In this document: positions 26,939 to 35,964 of the stretch, one piece after another
Layout: every line of letters starts with the position of its first letter
Position numbering within the stretch: the first letter of the stretch is position 1
NCBI GenBank assembly: GCA_035627655.1
Contig: DASPLI010000001.1
Span: 24,265-88,264, forward strand
From: Minisyncoccota bacterium
GTDB lineage: Bacteria; Patescibacteriota; Minisyncoccia; Phycocordibacterales; Phycocordibacteraceae
DNA: 64,000 bases
Reading direction: 5' to 3'
Translations under genes and position numbers: made by a program
Notes under the pieces: generated by a model
Told to the model about the DNA's origin: nothing
The model's database searches: none
Seen by the model: only the letters and a program-made list of their open reading frames with translations

Positions 26939-28252
26939 ATGCGCAGATTCCTGATAGGCATCACGCTGCTTTCGCTTCTCGTCATTGTAAGCACTCTTGC
27001 CTGGCGCACCTTTGCACGACCAGTTCTCTGTGACGCTTGTAGCGTTGTTGTTATTTCCCTAGACGCCGTCAACGCAACGTCTTTCGAAGAGGATATGCCC
27101 CTGCTTGCTGAGCGGGCGCGAGCATCTGGAGTAGTGTTTGAGCGCGCCTACGCTTCAACCAAGTGGGGGCTGCCGGGTACGGCGGCGCTTCTGACGGGCG
27201 AGTATCCGTGGGATCTTGGCATCTGGAATGACCGACGCGGTTTACCAAAGGATACCGACACGATCGCTACCGTATTTTCTGCATATGGATATACAACCGC
27301 CGCGTTTGCACAAGGACCCTTCATCGATCGAGCATGGGGCATGGACCGCGGTTTCCATGTTTGGGAGGCAGCAGCGGGCCAAACCAAAACCTATGAGACA
27401 GATGTCATCCCGTCAGCACGTGCCTGGATCACACAAACTCCTGAGCCGTATTTCGCCTTTATTCAACCGTATAGCCTCTACGAGCTGTTTGACGCAGAGA
27501 ATCAGGGCCTTGCTTTTTCCGACTTGCAACAAGCATACGCAGGCGACGAAGCTGCTGCGAATCGACTCAAAGACGGATACGCGCGCCGACTTGGAGAGAT
27601 TGATCAAGAATTGAATGCGTTTCTTGATACCGCCTTGGCTGGTGAGCGAGCGAAGAAAACTGTGGTGGTTATCACGGCAAGTTACGGACAAGATTTTATT
27701 GACACGCCAACCAAAGGCGTGGGCGGCGTAACCCTGCCCACACACCACGTACTCAACGTCCCGCTCGTATTCTTCATCCCCGACCAAAAACCTAAACGCG
27801 TAACGCCAAGTGTCGAGTCGCGCCACATGGCTGCAACTATTTTTGACATTGTTGGCGCAGACCACAGCCCACTTACTGGCGAATCGCTCCTTCCGTATAT
27901 GCGCGGCGGAGAAACAGAACAGCAAACTGTACGTGCGGCATCTTCCTGGGATCCTGCCGATACGCTCATAGAACCGCCCGCTGAATTCTACGCAAGTCTC
28001 GAGAGGCGCAGGCGCATTGTCCTGATCCCCGAGACGACGCAAGCCGCGCCGTATGTAGACAATGCAGCATACGCAACGATTCGCGGAACCTGGCAGCATC
28101 TGGAAACGACAAGTGGCGATACGTACCTCTTTAATACCCAGCGCGACCCGCAGGGACTTGAAAATCTCTATGGGCGTCTCAACACGCTTCCTCCACGAGA
28201 GCGATTGGATGCTCTTCTGTTCACCTCGTTTATCGAAAACCTCCAGCGCTAA
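26939..28252 (+). CDS. Sulfatase-like (alkaline phosphatase superfamily) protein with degenerate active site
   Basis: ISLDA, FERAYA..WGLPGTAALLTGEYP, GYTTAAF, ITASYG, VPLVF, YLFN..DP. Confidence 0.75.
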   Translation: MRRFLIGITLLSLLVIVSTLAWRTFARPVLCDACSVVVISLDAVNATSFEEDMPLLAERARASGVVFERAYASTKWGLPGTAALLTGEYPWDLGIWNDRRGLPKDTDTIATVFSAYGYTTAAFAQGPFIDRAWGMDRGFHVWEAAAGQTKTYETDVIPSARAWITQTPEPYFAFIQPYSLYELFDAENQGLAFSDLQQAYAGDEAAANRLKDGYARRLGEIDQELNAFLDTALAGERAKKTVVVITASYGQDFIDTPTKGVGGVTLPTHHVLNVPLVFFIPDQKPKRVTPSVESRHMAATIFDIVGADHSPLTGESLLPYMRGGETEQQTVRAASSWDPADTLIEPPAEFYASLERRRRIVLIPETTQAAPYVDNAAYATIRGTWQHLETTSGDTYLFNTQRDPQGLENLYGRLNTLPPRERLDALLFTSFIENLQR

Positions 28253-29685
28253 TGAAGCAACCCTCAGCATTCCTGCTTACCCTCCTCTCTGGACTGGCTG
28301 CCGGAGTCGGCATGCTGGTTGCGCCTCTATGGTTCTGCGCCCCGCTTGGGCTTGGTGTTTGGATAGCGACCCTATGGGAACGCACACACTCGCGGAAGCA
28401 GGCACTCCTTCTTGGCGCGCTCTTTGGCACCGTAACGTCAGGTGCTGGAATCTTGTCTCTTCTTGAAATTATTCCGCCAACTGAAAGCCCATCTCTCCTT
28501 CCCACACTTCTTGCCACGTTCCTGCTTTGGATCATTCCAACTGTTGCACTTGGCATTACCTCTGCGCCTGTTGGAATCGCACTCTACCTAACACGACGAA
28601 ATCTGTTCGCGCCCCTGATCGCTGTTGCGCTCTGGGTGCTAAACGAAGAACTCCGAATGTGGGCCTGGATGCTCATAACCTATGGAACCGGGGCGATCCC
28701 AGAGCCGCACCTCTCTATTGCTGCGCTTGGGTACGCCCTTGCAGACAACGCGTATCTTCTTCAGCTTGCTGAGGGGGGCGGACTCCTCTTCCTTACTATC
28801 GCCACGGCAGTGTTTGCCGCAACGATCGCAAGCGCTGTGCAAGACGGCGCCCGACTTCGATTGACATTCATGGTTTTGGCAACGCTGGTGCTGCTGTGCA
28901 TTCCGCTCACGCAACAACCACTGCAATTTGGAGGAGAGACTGTGCGTATTGCGCTCGTTGCGACACAGACGGACCCGCTCGCTCCCAGCGTCTTCTCATC
29001 TCCAAAACTGAGCGGACCAGCGCCGGACGTGCTGATTCTTCCCGAAGGAAAATCATTAGAAGCCGTCTTGCCGCAGGAATTGCTCTCCAGAACGGCGAGC
29101 GGATCATGGCTTTCTGCTTCAAACGACCTGCTCGTTATCCGCTCAGGCGAATCAGTTGATCCTACCGGCAAACGGCACAACACTGTCTTTTACGAGTCGG
29201 CGGCAGAAGGCGTCCTAGCGACGCAGAACAAGCACTTCATCATGCCGCAGGGTGAATATATGCCGCACCTCTCAAAGTTGTTCCTCTCGTGGCTTCCTGA
29301 CTCCGCACTTATGCGCATTCCTGACGAGAAAGCTATTGTGCACGGAGAGACGTTGATCAGCGTCCCATTTCAAGGTGTGACGTTCGGTACGCTACTGTGC
29401 TCGGAACTCTTCTCTCCCCACCTCTATCGAAAACTATCAGAGCACTACGACGCGACCGTACTCGTCAGTCTCGCTGATCCGATCTGGTTCCAAAGCTCTC
29501 CTATCCTGTTCCGAAAGACCGTACAGGTGGCAAAAGTACATGCCGTGCAGAACCGGGCGTACTTTCTTGCCGCGCAAAACGCAACCCCCTCCTTTGTGAT
29601 TGATCCGACCGGATCTCTCGTTGCACAAAGTGCGTGGTATCAAAACGACGTGCTTTTCTTTGATCTGCCAAAGCAACTGCCCTAA
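28252..29685 (+). CDS. Apolipoprotein N-acyltransferase-like protein (TM domain plus nitrilase domain)
   Basis: Multiple TMs; E-K-C triad in LPEG, NKHFIMPQGEYMP and LLCSE; AVQNR, SFVIDPTG. Confidence 0.8.
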   Translation: MKQPSAFLLTLLSGLAAGVGMLVAPLWFCAPLGLGVWIATLWERTHSRKQALLLGALFGTVTSGAGILSLLEIIPPTESPSLLPTLLATFLLWIIPTVALGITSAPVGIALYLTRRNLFAPLIAVALWVLNEELRMWAWMLITYGTGAIPEPHLSIAALGYALADNAYLLQLAEGGGLLFLTIATAVFAATIASAVQDGARLRLTFMVLATLVLLCIPLTQQPLQFGGETVRIALVATQTDPLAPSVFSSPKLSGPAPDVLILPEGKSLEAVLPQELLSRTASGSWLSASNDLLVIRSGESVDPTGKRHNTVFYESAAEGVLATQNKHFIMPQGEYMPHLSKLFLSWLPDSALMRIPDEKAIVHGETLISVPFQGVTFGTLLCSELFSPHLYRKLSEHYDATVLVSLADPIWFQSSPILFRKTVQVAKVHAVQNRAYFLAAQNATPSFVIDPTGSLVAQSAWYQNDVLFFDLPKQLP

Positions 29686-30896
29686 CGGCTGCAGAACCCT
29701 GCAAAGAAACTGCTGAACGCGGCTTCGGAGCCCCACTGCGTGCCTTCAGGAGAATACGCGCGGACCCGAAACAGCATCCCCGGCGATCCGTCTTCATGTC
29801 TCGTGTGACGATACTCCCACGCAACGTTTCCTTCTGGAGTAACTTCCCTGACCACACCTGACGTTGAGAGTGTAATCAGCGTATTGCCGTTTGGGAGTCG
29901 TTGCGCCCCGCCCATAATGCTTGAAGCGAATTGCGCCTTGCCGGTAAGCGTTGTGCCGCCGTCATACCCCCACACACGCGCGCCGTTCGGAAGAGCAACC
30001 TCAACCACCTGACTGAAGAGGCCGGAGACATTCTTGCGGGCAAATCCATTGTCAAACACGAGAAGGTGTCCATTTTCGAGCAGCGTTGCATCATGCTGGA
30101 ACGAATAGAGTCCCTCGGGAGATTCCCACAGCAATTCTCCGCTTGCCGCATCAATAAGGAGAACAGTACTCAGATGGCGCACACTTACAAGGAACGCAGG
30201 AGTGTGCGTAAGCGGGTTGTGCTCTATATACCGAATGGAGTTCGCATGCGAGAAGTCCTGGCGGGGTGCAAATGCAGTGGCGAGTCGAGATGGTGAAATA
30301 TGATCGGACATGTGCCACGACCACACCTCTTCGTTGTCGGGCGTCACTATCACAATCTCATTAGTCCATACCGACTGCGCAGGAGTCGGAAATCCGCCTT
30401 GCACTCCTTGCGCAAACCAGCTGGGGGTTTCATCCCACCGAAGATATGCGATGGAGCCATCCGGCAAGACGTCAAAATCTATAGTCATTTCTGGATCTCT
30501 ATGTTCGAACAACACCCTCCCTTCCCAGGACAGCCGCTGAATGATACCGGTCGTGCCAAACCCCGGCATCTGCCCATGATTGAGCGGCGGAGTCATCGAA
30601 ACGTACAAGGTACCGTCTTCCTTAAGGTCAGCAACTAAGACCGGTGCCTCCGTCTTCCACGTATGTACGGTCTCGCCGTCCCTATTTATAAGCTGCACGC
30701 TGCCGGAAACGGATTTCGTAGGATCCGCCTCAATACGGTATGGCGCAATAAGCACATACCCATCATCAGTTTCAGATGTTTCGACGGTAACAACACCCAT
30801 CTTTGGAGTGCTGCAACCGTACTGCACGAGGAGAAGCAGCCCAATACCCAGGACAACGACAGCAGCAACATTCGTCCGACTCATGCGTGCCATCAT
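29682..30896 (-). CDS. Arylsulfotransferase (ASST)-like beta-propeller
   Basis: HANSI, SVRH, QHDA, VFDNG, AQRLPNGNTLIT, EVTPEG; N-terminal signal. Confidence 0.8.
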   Translation of the reverse strand: MMARMSRTNVAAVVVLGIGLLLLVQYGCSTPKMGVVTVETSETDDGYVLIAPYRIEADPTKSVSGSVQLINRDGETVHTWKTEAPVLVADLKEDGTLYVSMTPPLNHGQMPGFGTTGIIQRLSWEGRVLFEHRDPEMTIDFDVLPDGSIAYLRWDETPSWFAQGVQGGFPTPAQSVWTNEIVIVTPDNEEVWSWHMSDHISPSRLATAFAPRQDFSHANSIRYIEHNPLTHTPAFLVSVRHLSTVLLIDAASGELLWESPEGLYSFQHDATLLENGHLLVFDNGFARKNVSGLFSQVVEVALPNGARVWGYDGGTTLTGKAQFASSIMGGAQRLPNGNTLITLSTSGVVREVTPEGNVAWEYRHTRHEDGSPGMLFRVRAYSPEGTQWGSEAAFSSFFAGFCSR

Positions 30897-30899
30897 ACC

Positions 30900-31688
30900 C
30901 TAGAGAGGACAGGCATGAGTGGTTTGCACGAGCGTCCACACGGCAAGCGCCGTTGTATGCGGGTTTGAAATGGTCGCTCCGGGCGAAGCGCCCCAGCCGC
31001 CATCTTCGTTTTGATTGCGCATGATTGTATCAATCCAGTCATGCGTTACGTAACTGCCATGACCTCCCCAGAGTAAGAAAGCGGCTCGTTCGACGGCTAA
31101 GTCGCTAAAAGTAAACGACTCAGCTCGTGCGGCTTCGTAGAGAGATCGTGCTGCTTCTGTTCGAAGTTCGCGCGCTTTCCAATGTTTCTCTCCGGCCAGG
31201 CACTGAAGTCCTTCAAGATAACTAAGTCCTAAGTAGCGGTGCGTAAGGTCGTATCCCGTACCCTGATCTTCAGCCAACAATTCCTGCTCAACACCGACTG
31301 GAAGAGAGCGTATTTTACATGCGAGCGCAGACAGCAGCCAGCGGTCATATGCTTCCATCTTGCCTTCAAAGACGCGGAAGTTATTGCTGTCTGAAAATCC
31401 GAGGAAATAGGCTTGTTCAACAGGCGTCGGCGAAGATGACACAAACCGGTCAGTAAGTTCCTGACTGAATGCTTCCGATTTGCAATACCGCTCGTTGATA
31501 TCGGTGAGCACCCAGAGCACACCCGGATTTCCGTAGGTGCCAGAGTAGGAACGCAGCCACATCATGCCCTGCTGAGCTGAGGTTTTCATGCGATCAGTCT
31601 GATCTGAAAGAACTGCAAACCATCCAACGAACGCGACAACAATTACTAGCACCATTACAGAGCGAACAATGACCAATGAGTGCGCCAT
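30900..31688 (-). CDS. Membrane-anchored alpha/alpha-toroid (prenyltransferase/squalene-cyclase-repeat-like) protein
   Basis: GYDLTH, DLAVE, QNEDGGWG, PHTTALAVWTL. Confidence 0.6.
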   Translation of the reverse strand: MAHSLVIVRSVMVLVIVVAFVGWFAVLSDQTDRMKTSAQQGMMWLRSYSGTYGNPGVLWVLTDINERYCKSEAFSQELTDRFVSSSPTPVEQAYFLGFSDSNNFRVFEGKMEAYDRWLLSALACKIRSLPVGVEQELLAEDQGTGYDLTHRYLGLSYLEGLQCLAGEKHWKARELRTEAARSLYEAARAESFTFSDLAVERAAFLLWGGHGSYVTHDWIDTIMRNQNEDGGWGASPGATISNPHTTALAVWTLVQTTHACPL

Positions 31689-33871
31689 TAGAAATCGAAG
31701 AATTGCCAGAACGCAAATGGTGCGGTGTATGTTACGGAAAGGTACGGATCTTGAGAGGTACCGCTTACTTCAGAAGTAGAAAAATGCACATAACCTCGAG
31801 AGTTGTTGGCTATAGTGTTGTCCGTCGTGTCGTGTCCTTCGCGAAGCGCGAAGCAGGTTGTTCCCTTTGAACTATTCGCATACTGAACGACAATCACGCC
31901 CGACCCTCCAACCTGTCCAAGACCTCCCTGAGTAGCGCCGTTGTTAGTACCACCACCGCCGCCGCTACCACCGCCATACCCCGAAACAGCGCCGCTACCG
32001 CCGTGTATAAGATTCGACCCCGTGGAGTGTCCGCCACCACCACTACCACCAGCGGGGCCAAGACTGCCCCAAAGCGAGTATGCTGTAGTGCCTCCGGCAG
32101 AAAGGGCACTGCTAGTGTGGCCGCCACCACCACCGCCACCACCGCCTTGTGATCCTGTACCAGCAAGGGTCGATCCGACTCCAGCAGAACCACCACCAGC
32201 TCCAAGATGGTTATTACCACCAGCACCGCCGGTACTTGCTGACGTTCCCTGTGATCCAGCCGATCCACCGTTTGCACCACCGCCACCACCGCCGCCGCGT
32301 GGCGATACTGTTCCGCCAGCACCACCGACTGCCCCATCACCATTGGGCCCTCCAGAACCGCCGCCGCCGCCGCCAGCGCCAGCATTTCTATTCCCGCCAT
32401 TACCGCCCGAATACTTTACGGTTCCTACGCCGCTTGCTGCCGCGCCGCCGGCACCACCACCACCAAGCGCTGTCCCAGAGCCCGGATCAGTTCCGCCGGC
32501 GCCCCCCTTTGCTCCAACAACCACTGCGCTATCTGAGATAGATGAACAATTTGAGGTTGAGTTGCAGAGATACGTATCTCCTCCAGAAGTCCCGTCGCCT
32601 GTGCCGCGAACTCCAACGCTTATCGTTACCGTCTGACCCGGGGGGAGACTAACGTTCGTTACTTTCGAGTATCCTCCACCACCACCACCGCCGCCGCCGC
32701 AGTTGGCAGCGCTAACGCAACCCGACTTACCACTACCGCCGCCACCTATAACCTCAATACTGTTATTCGATGCGTCCCAGTCATACGGAACCTGCCAGGT
32801 CGTTGTGGTTGTTGAGTCGAGAATGATGTACTGCGCAGTACCACACGCGCTCGCTTCACCATTTTTTTTGATCCATCCCCGACCCGTGCTGTTGAGAGTA
32901 AAAGTCAGATAGGAACCGATGGACACTGAGGAGAGGTCTTTGCGCTGCCCCGCGTCAATGCCTTCTGTCGGGTTGTCGGCGGTGTTCCCTGCGCGCCCGT
33001 AGTCTGCATCAACGAGCGAGTACTCATCAGCTTGCGTACTCTGTACAACCGTTATGTAGTCAACGCCGTCGTTATCCGTGCTTGTGGCCGTCGATGTAGC
33101 ATATACGTTCAACGACGCGGCAGATATGTTGGCACCATAGGGCAAGAAAGAAGTGTCGAACGGCAAAAATGAACGGTAGATGTAATACCCTCCGGCCTTA
33201 AAATCAAACTTTCCTGTATTTACATAGTGTTCAGAACCAACCTGCATGCTTGTAGTGGTATACGTGGTAAAACCGCCGAACGTGGCTCCCGATGGAGTGC
33301 TAGTACCTTGCACATTTGCCCACGTTGTTGCGTCATATGCAAAGATTGATCCATCCCCTGGCGATACATATTGGGTTTGAGAAACAGCGTGTGCAATATT
33401 TGCAAATAGGCGAGAAAAGAGTGGGAGCCTGCCTGCTTCCTCAAATGCTTCAACTGAGGCCGTACCGTATTCAAGGTAGTGCCACGCATTCCCATGCTGC
33501 ACAAACTGCGGCTGCGTATAAACAATGGATTCATATATTGCCCGCCCGTCGGCCGCCGTCCCGGCCTGTTTCGTCCATGAGGTGGGTTTTCGAAGTGCGG
33601 TAACTTCGTCCTCTGCAAGCTTCTCAGGAAGCGGTTCTCCAAGGTAGGTATACAAAACAACCTGCTCGCCTCCTTGGGCCTGAACTGAGTGCGCAAGAAT
33701 GGTACGGGAACGAAGCGTGTTTATTTCCTGCTGCCGAGCCATGCGAGAAAGCTCCGTATTCGAAGGAGTATCGGTTACGACGAGTCCTGCGCTAAAGACA
33801 GCGGCGAGGGCAAGCAGGGCAAGCGCTCCTGTAACTACAAGGTCTCTTATCGGGAGATTATTGATCTTCAT
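31688..33871 (-). CDS. Surface protein with DNRLRE-like beta-sandwich and glycine-rich domain
   Basis: N-terminal TM; RSFLPFDTS..ISAASLNVY...PYLSVTY; about 300-aa Gly-rich block (TWQVP..VIGGGGSG...GGSGVIVVQY). Confidence 0.75.
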   Translation of the reverse strand: MKINNLPIRDLVVTGALALLALAAVFSAGLVVTDTPSNTELSRMARQQEINTLRSRTILAHSVQAQGGEQVVLYTYLGEPLPEKLAEDEVTALRKPTSWTKQAGTAADGRAIYESIVYTQPQFVQHGNAWHYLEYGTASVEAFEEAGRLPLFSRLFANIAHAVSQTQYVSPGDGSIFAYDATTWANVQGTSTPSGATFGGFTTYTTTSMQVGSEHYVNTGKFDFKAGGYYIYRSFLPFDTSFLPYGANISAASLNVYATSTATSTDNDGVDYITVVQSTQADEYSLVDADYGRAGNTADNPTEGIDAGQRKDLSSVSIGSYLTFTLNSTGRGWIKKNGEASACGTAQYIILDSTTTTTWQVPYDWDASNNSIEVIGGGGSGKSGCVSAANCGGGGGGGGGYSKVTNVSLPPGQTVTISVGVRGTGDGTSGGDTYLCNSTSNCSSISDSAVVVGAKGGAGGTDPGSGTALGGGGAGGAAASGVGTVKYSGGNGGNRNAGAGGGGGGSGGPNGDGAVGGAGGTVSPRGGGGGGGANGGSAGSQGTSASTGGAGGNNHLGAGGGSAGVGSTLAGTGSQGGGGGGGGGHTSSALSAGGTTAYSLWGSLGPAGGSGGGGHSTGSNLIHGGSGAVSGYGGGSGGGGGTNNGATQGGLGQVGGSGVIVVQYANSSKGTTCFALREGHDTTDNTIANNSRGYVHFSTSEVSGTSQDPYLSVTYTAPFAFWQFFDF

Positions 33872-33954
33872 GCGCTGTAGCTGCTTCAGTATAACGTACG
33901 GGTAAGAAACGAGTGTGGAGAATGCTTGGTGGGCGCATATTATAATGCGGCGCA

Positions 33955-34956
33955 ATGGCTTCTACCCTCCCGCGATCGGTCCGTGACTGGATCGTTATTG
34001 CGCTTGCGGTCCTAGTGATCACCTTCACGACAGGACTCCTTATTCAACAGAAAAAGCCGCTGCTACTACTCAGTCTTGAAACTGCGCCAGTCAAAGAACT
34101 TGACGCGCACCGCCACCACATTGATGACGCGGTTGGCGACCACGGGCACGGCGTTATGGTCTATTCCGACGAAGTAATCACGACCGAAGACCTGTGGGTG
34201 CGCGGGGTGCAGGCGGACGTTATCAACGCGCCGCGTGTCGTTCTCCACCACCTCACGATATCTATTACCCCTCCTGTAGCACCCGATACGTCCGCACCTG
34301 CCGGAGAGCAGTTTCTGGGTGCGCGAAGAATACTCCGCTCAGGACAAGATGTGGCGGGTACTGTTCTCCTTCCAAAACCGTATGCGAGTTTTGTTCCGAA
34401 AGGTTCTCGCATTAGCATCAGTGCCATGCTCCACAACCCCCTCCCACCAAAAGGACCGGGCGGACAATACAGCAACGTCTTTCTGCGTGTTGGGTTTCTC
34501 GGACTCGATTTCCCTGCTAAGCAGGCGGTGCAAAGCTCGTCTGTCTCGCTTATGCTCGTAGATAAAGATAGCGCAACTGGCGATACGTTTACCGTACCGC
34601 CCCATATCACAGAATATGTGCGCGCAAGCTCAGACCCAAATGATATCGGCCGCTCGACCTTCCGCTTTCCAACCTCTGGGACTTTGGTTGGCCTTGGCGG
34701 TCATATTCACGCGTGGGAAGGCGGAGACCGCCTTGAGGTCGAACTCAATGGCAAACGTATCCACTCATTTATTCCTCGTCTTGAAGACGAAGGACCATGG
34801 GATTGGCACACTGACTATCAACCAATGCTGCTGAGAGTAGCTGCTGGAGATGTGCTCACCATTTCCGCTATTTATTCCAATCCTTCAGACAAAGCGGAGC
34901 GAGGAGCTATGGGTATTGTGCTTGCAAACTTTGCTCCTGATTCCGAATCTCGATAG
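33955..34956 (+). CDS. PHM/dopamine-beta-monooxygenase-like copper monooxygenase
   Basis: TM anchor; LHH, LHN, GHIH, YSNP and AMG in the order of the PHM CuH (H,H,H) and CuM (H,H,M) ligands. Confidence 0.65.
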   Translation: MASTLPRSVRDWIVIALAVLVITFTTGLLIQQKKPLLLLSLETAPVKELDAHRHHIDDAVGDHGHGVMVYSDEVITTEDLWVRGVQADVINAPRVVLHHLTISITPPVAPDTSAPAGEQFLGARRILRSGQDVAGTVLLPKPYASFVPKGSRISISAMLHNPLPPKGPGGQYSNVFLRVGFLGLDFPAKQAVQSSSVSLMLVDKDSATGDTFTVPPHITEYVRASSDPNDIGRSTFRFPTSGTLVGLGGHIHAWEGGDRLEVELNGKRIHSFIPRLEDEGPWDWHTDYQPMLLRVAAGDVLTISAIYSNPSDKAERGAMGIVLANFAPDSESR

Positions 34957-34959
34957 GAA

Positions 34960-35946
34960 TTATGGGGTTGTGGGTTCTGGCGCCGGTTCGGGAGTGGGTT
35001 CCGGCTCTGGCGTAGGCTCTGGCTCTGGGGACGGTTCTGGCGCTGGCTCAGGAACGGGTTCTGGGGTTGGTTCTGGAGTAGGTTCTGGCTCAGGAGCTGG
35101 ATCTGGCGCTGGCTCAGGGTTTGGTACGGGCTCGGGCTCCGGTTCAGGGGTTGGTTCTGGGTCTGGGGTGGGCTCTGGATCTGGATTCGGGTCTTCTGGC
35201 CGCCAATCGCATACTCGCGAATCTATTTGAAGTCCAGGAAGATCCGGGCATACGTCGACATACGGCCATGCAGGCGGCAGCGGAGGAGGTTCTGCTCCAG
35301 CAACCATCGCGTTTGTTTGCTCGATGATGGCATTCTCATCATAGGTCTCCATCGTGACCGGCACCTCAAGCGCAAGCGGATCGTACGGAATCTCGAGACC
35401 ATCGATCACGGGACGGTACGCTGGAAATTCCTCGCTGTCGGCATCAAGGAATTTACCAATAAGACCCGAGTACTCGGTTGCTATTACTTTCTTTGAAACA
35501 CCTTGCATCCGCTCAATATCTTGAGTGGCGGTGAGGCGCTCTTTCTCACGATCACGTATTTGAGCGAGTTCTTGCTCTACATACAGCCCTAGATCCCTTC
35601 CCCGAAGAACCGCTTTGGATACGGTAAGCGTTCCGGTCTTCTCTACGTCTTGCCACACGTAATCAACGATATCTATCGTATAGACCTGGTAGGCAACGTA
35701 GTAGGATTCGTCGTCCTCTGTCACTGACGTGACTGCTACTGCAAACGGAAACGATTCCAAATTTACGTTGACGATATAGGAGTTGTCGACGGTTCGAACA
35801 AACTCAGCTTGCGAATAAACCGCCTGCTGGACTGCTGGATTGGTTGCTGCTGCCGCAGAGCTTGTGCCAAGCAGAATGAGACTGATCACAATAGGAACTG
35901 TGTTGTTGTATTTGACGAAGTTCTTTATGTTCTCTTCTCGTTCCAT
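34960..35946 (-). CDS. Exported protein with C-terminal Pro-Glu repeat tail
   Basis: N-terminal hydrophobic segment, acidic globular region, (EP)n tail; TATACT 7 nt before the ATG. Confidence 0.75.
   Translation of the reverse strand: MEREENIKNFVKYNNTVPIVISLILLGTSSAAAATNPAVQQAVYSQAEFVRTVDNSYIVNVNLESFPFAVAVTSVTEDDESYYVAYQVYTIDIVDYVWQDVEKTGTLTVSKAVLRGRDLGLYVEQELAQIRDREKERLTATQDIERMQGVSKKVIATEYSGLIGKFLDADSEEFPAYRPVIDGLEIPYDPLALEVPVTMETYDENAIIEQTNAMVAGAEPPPLPPAWPYVDVCPDLPGLQIDSRVCDWRPEDPNPDPEPTPDPEPTPEPEPEPVPNPEPAPDPAPEPEPTPEPTPEPVPEPAPEPSPEPEPTPEPEPTPEPAPEPTTP
34963..35195 (-). repeat. Pro-Glu/Thr-Pro coding repeat
   Basis: [79 protein letters not shown]. Confidence 0.9.
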
Positions 35947-35964
35947 AAGCGAAAGTATAGCTGA

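Noticed and set aside
31941-32636. Pro-rich plus-strand ORF (231 aa)
   Set aside because: Antisense reading of the Gly-rich coding region.
34850-35230. (GS)n plus-strand ORF
   Set aside because: Antisense of the Pro-Glu repeat.
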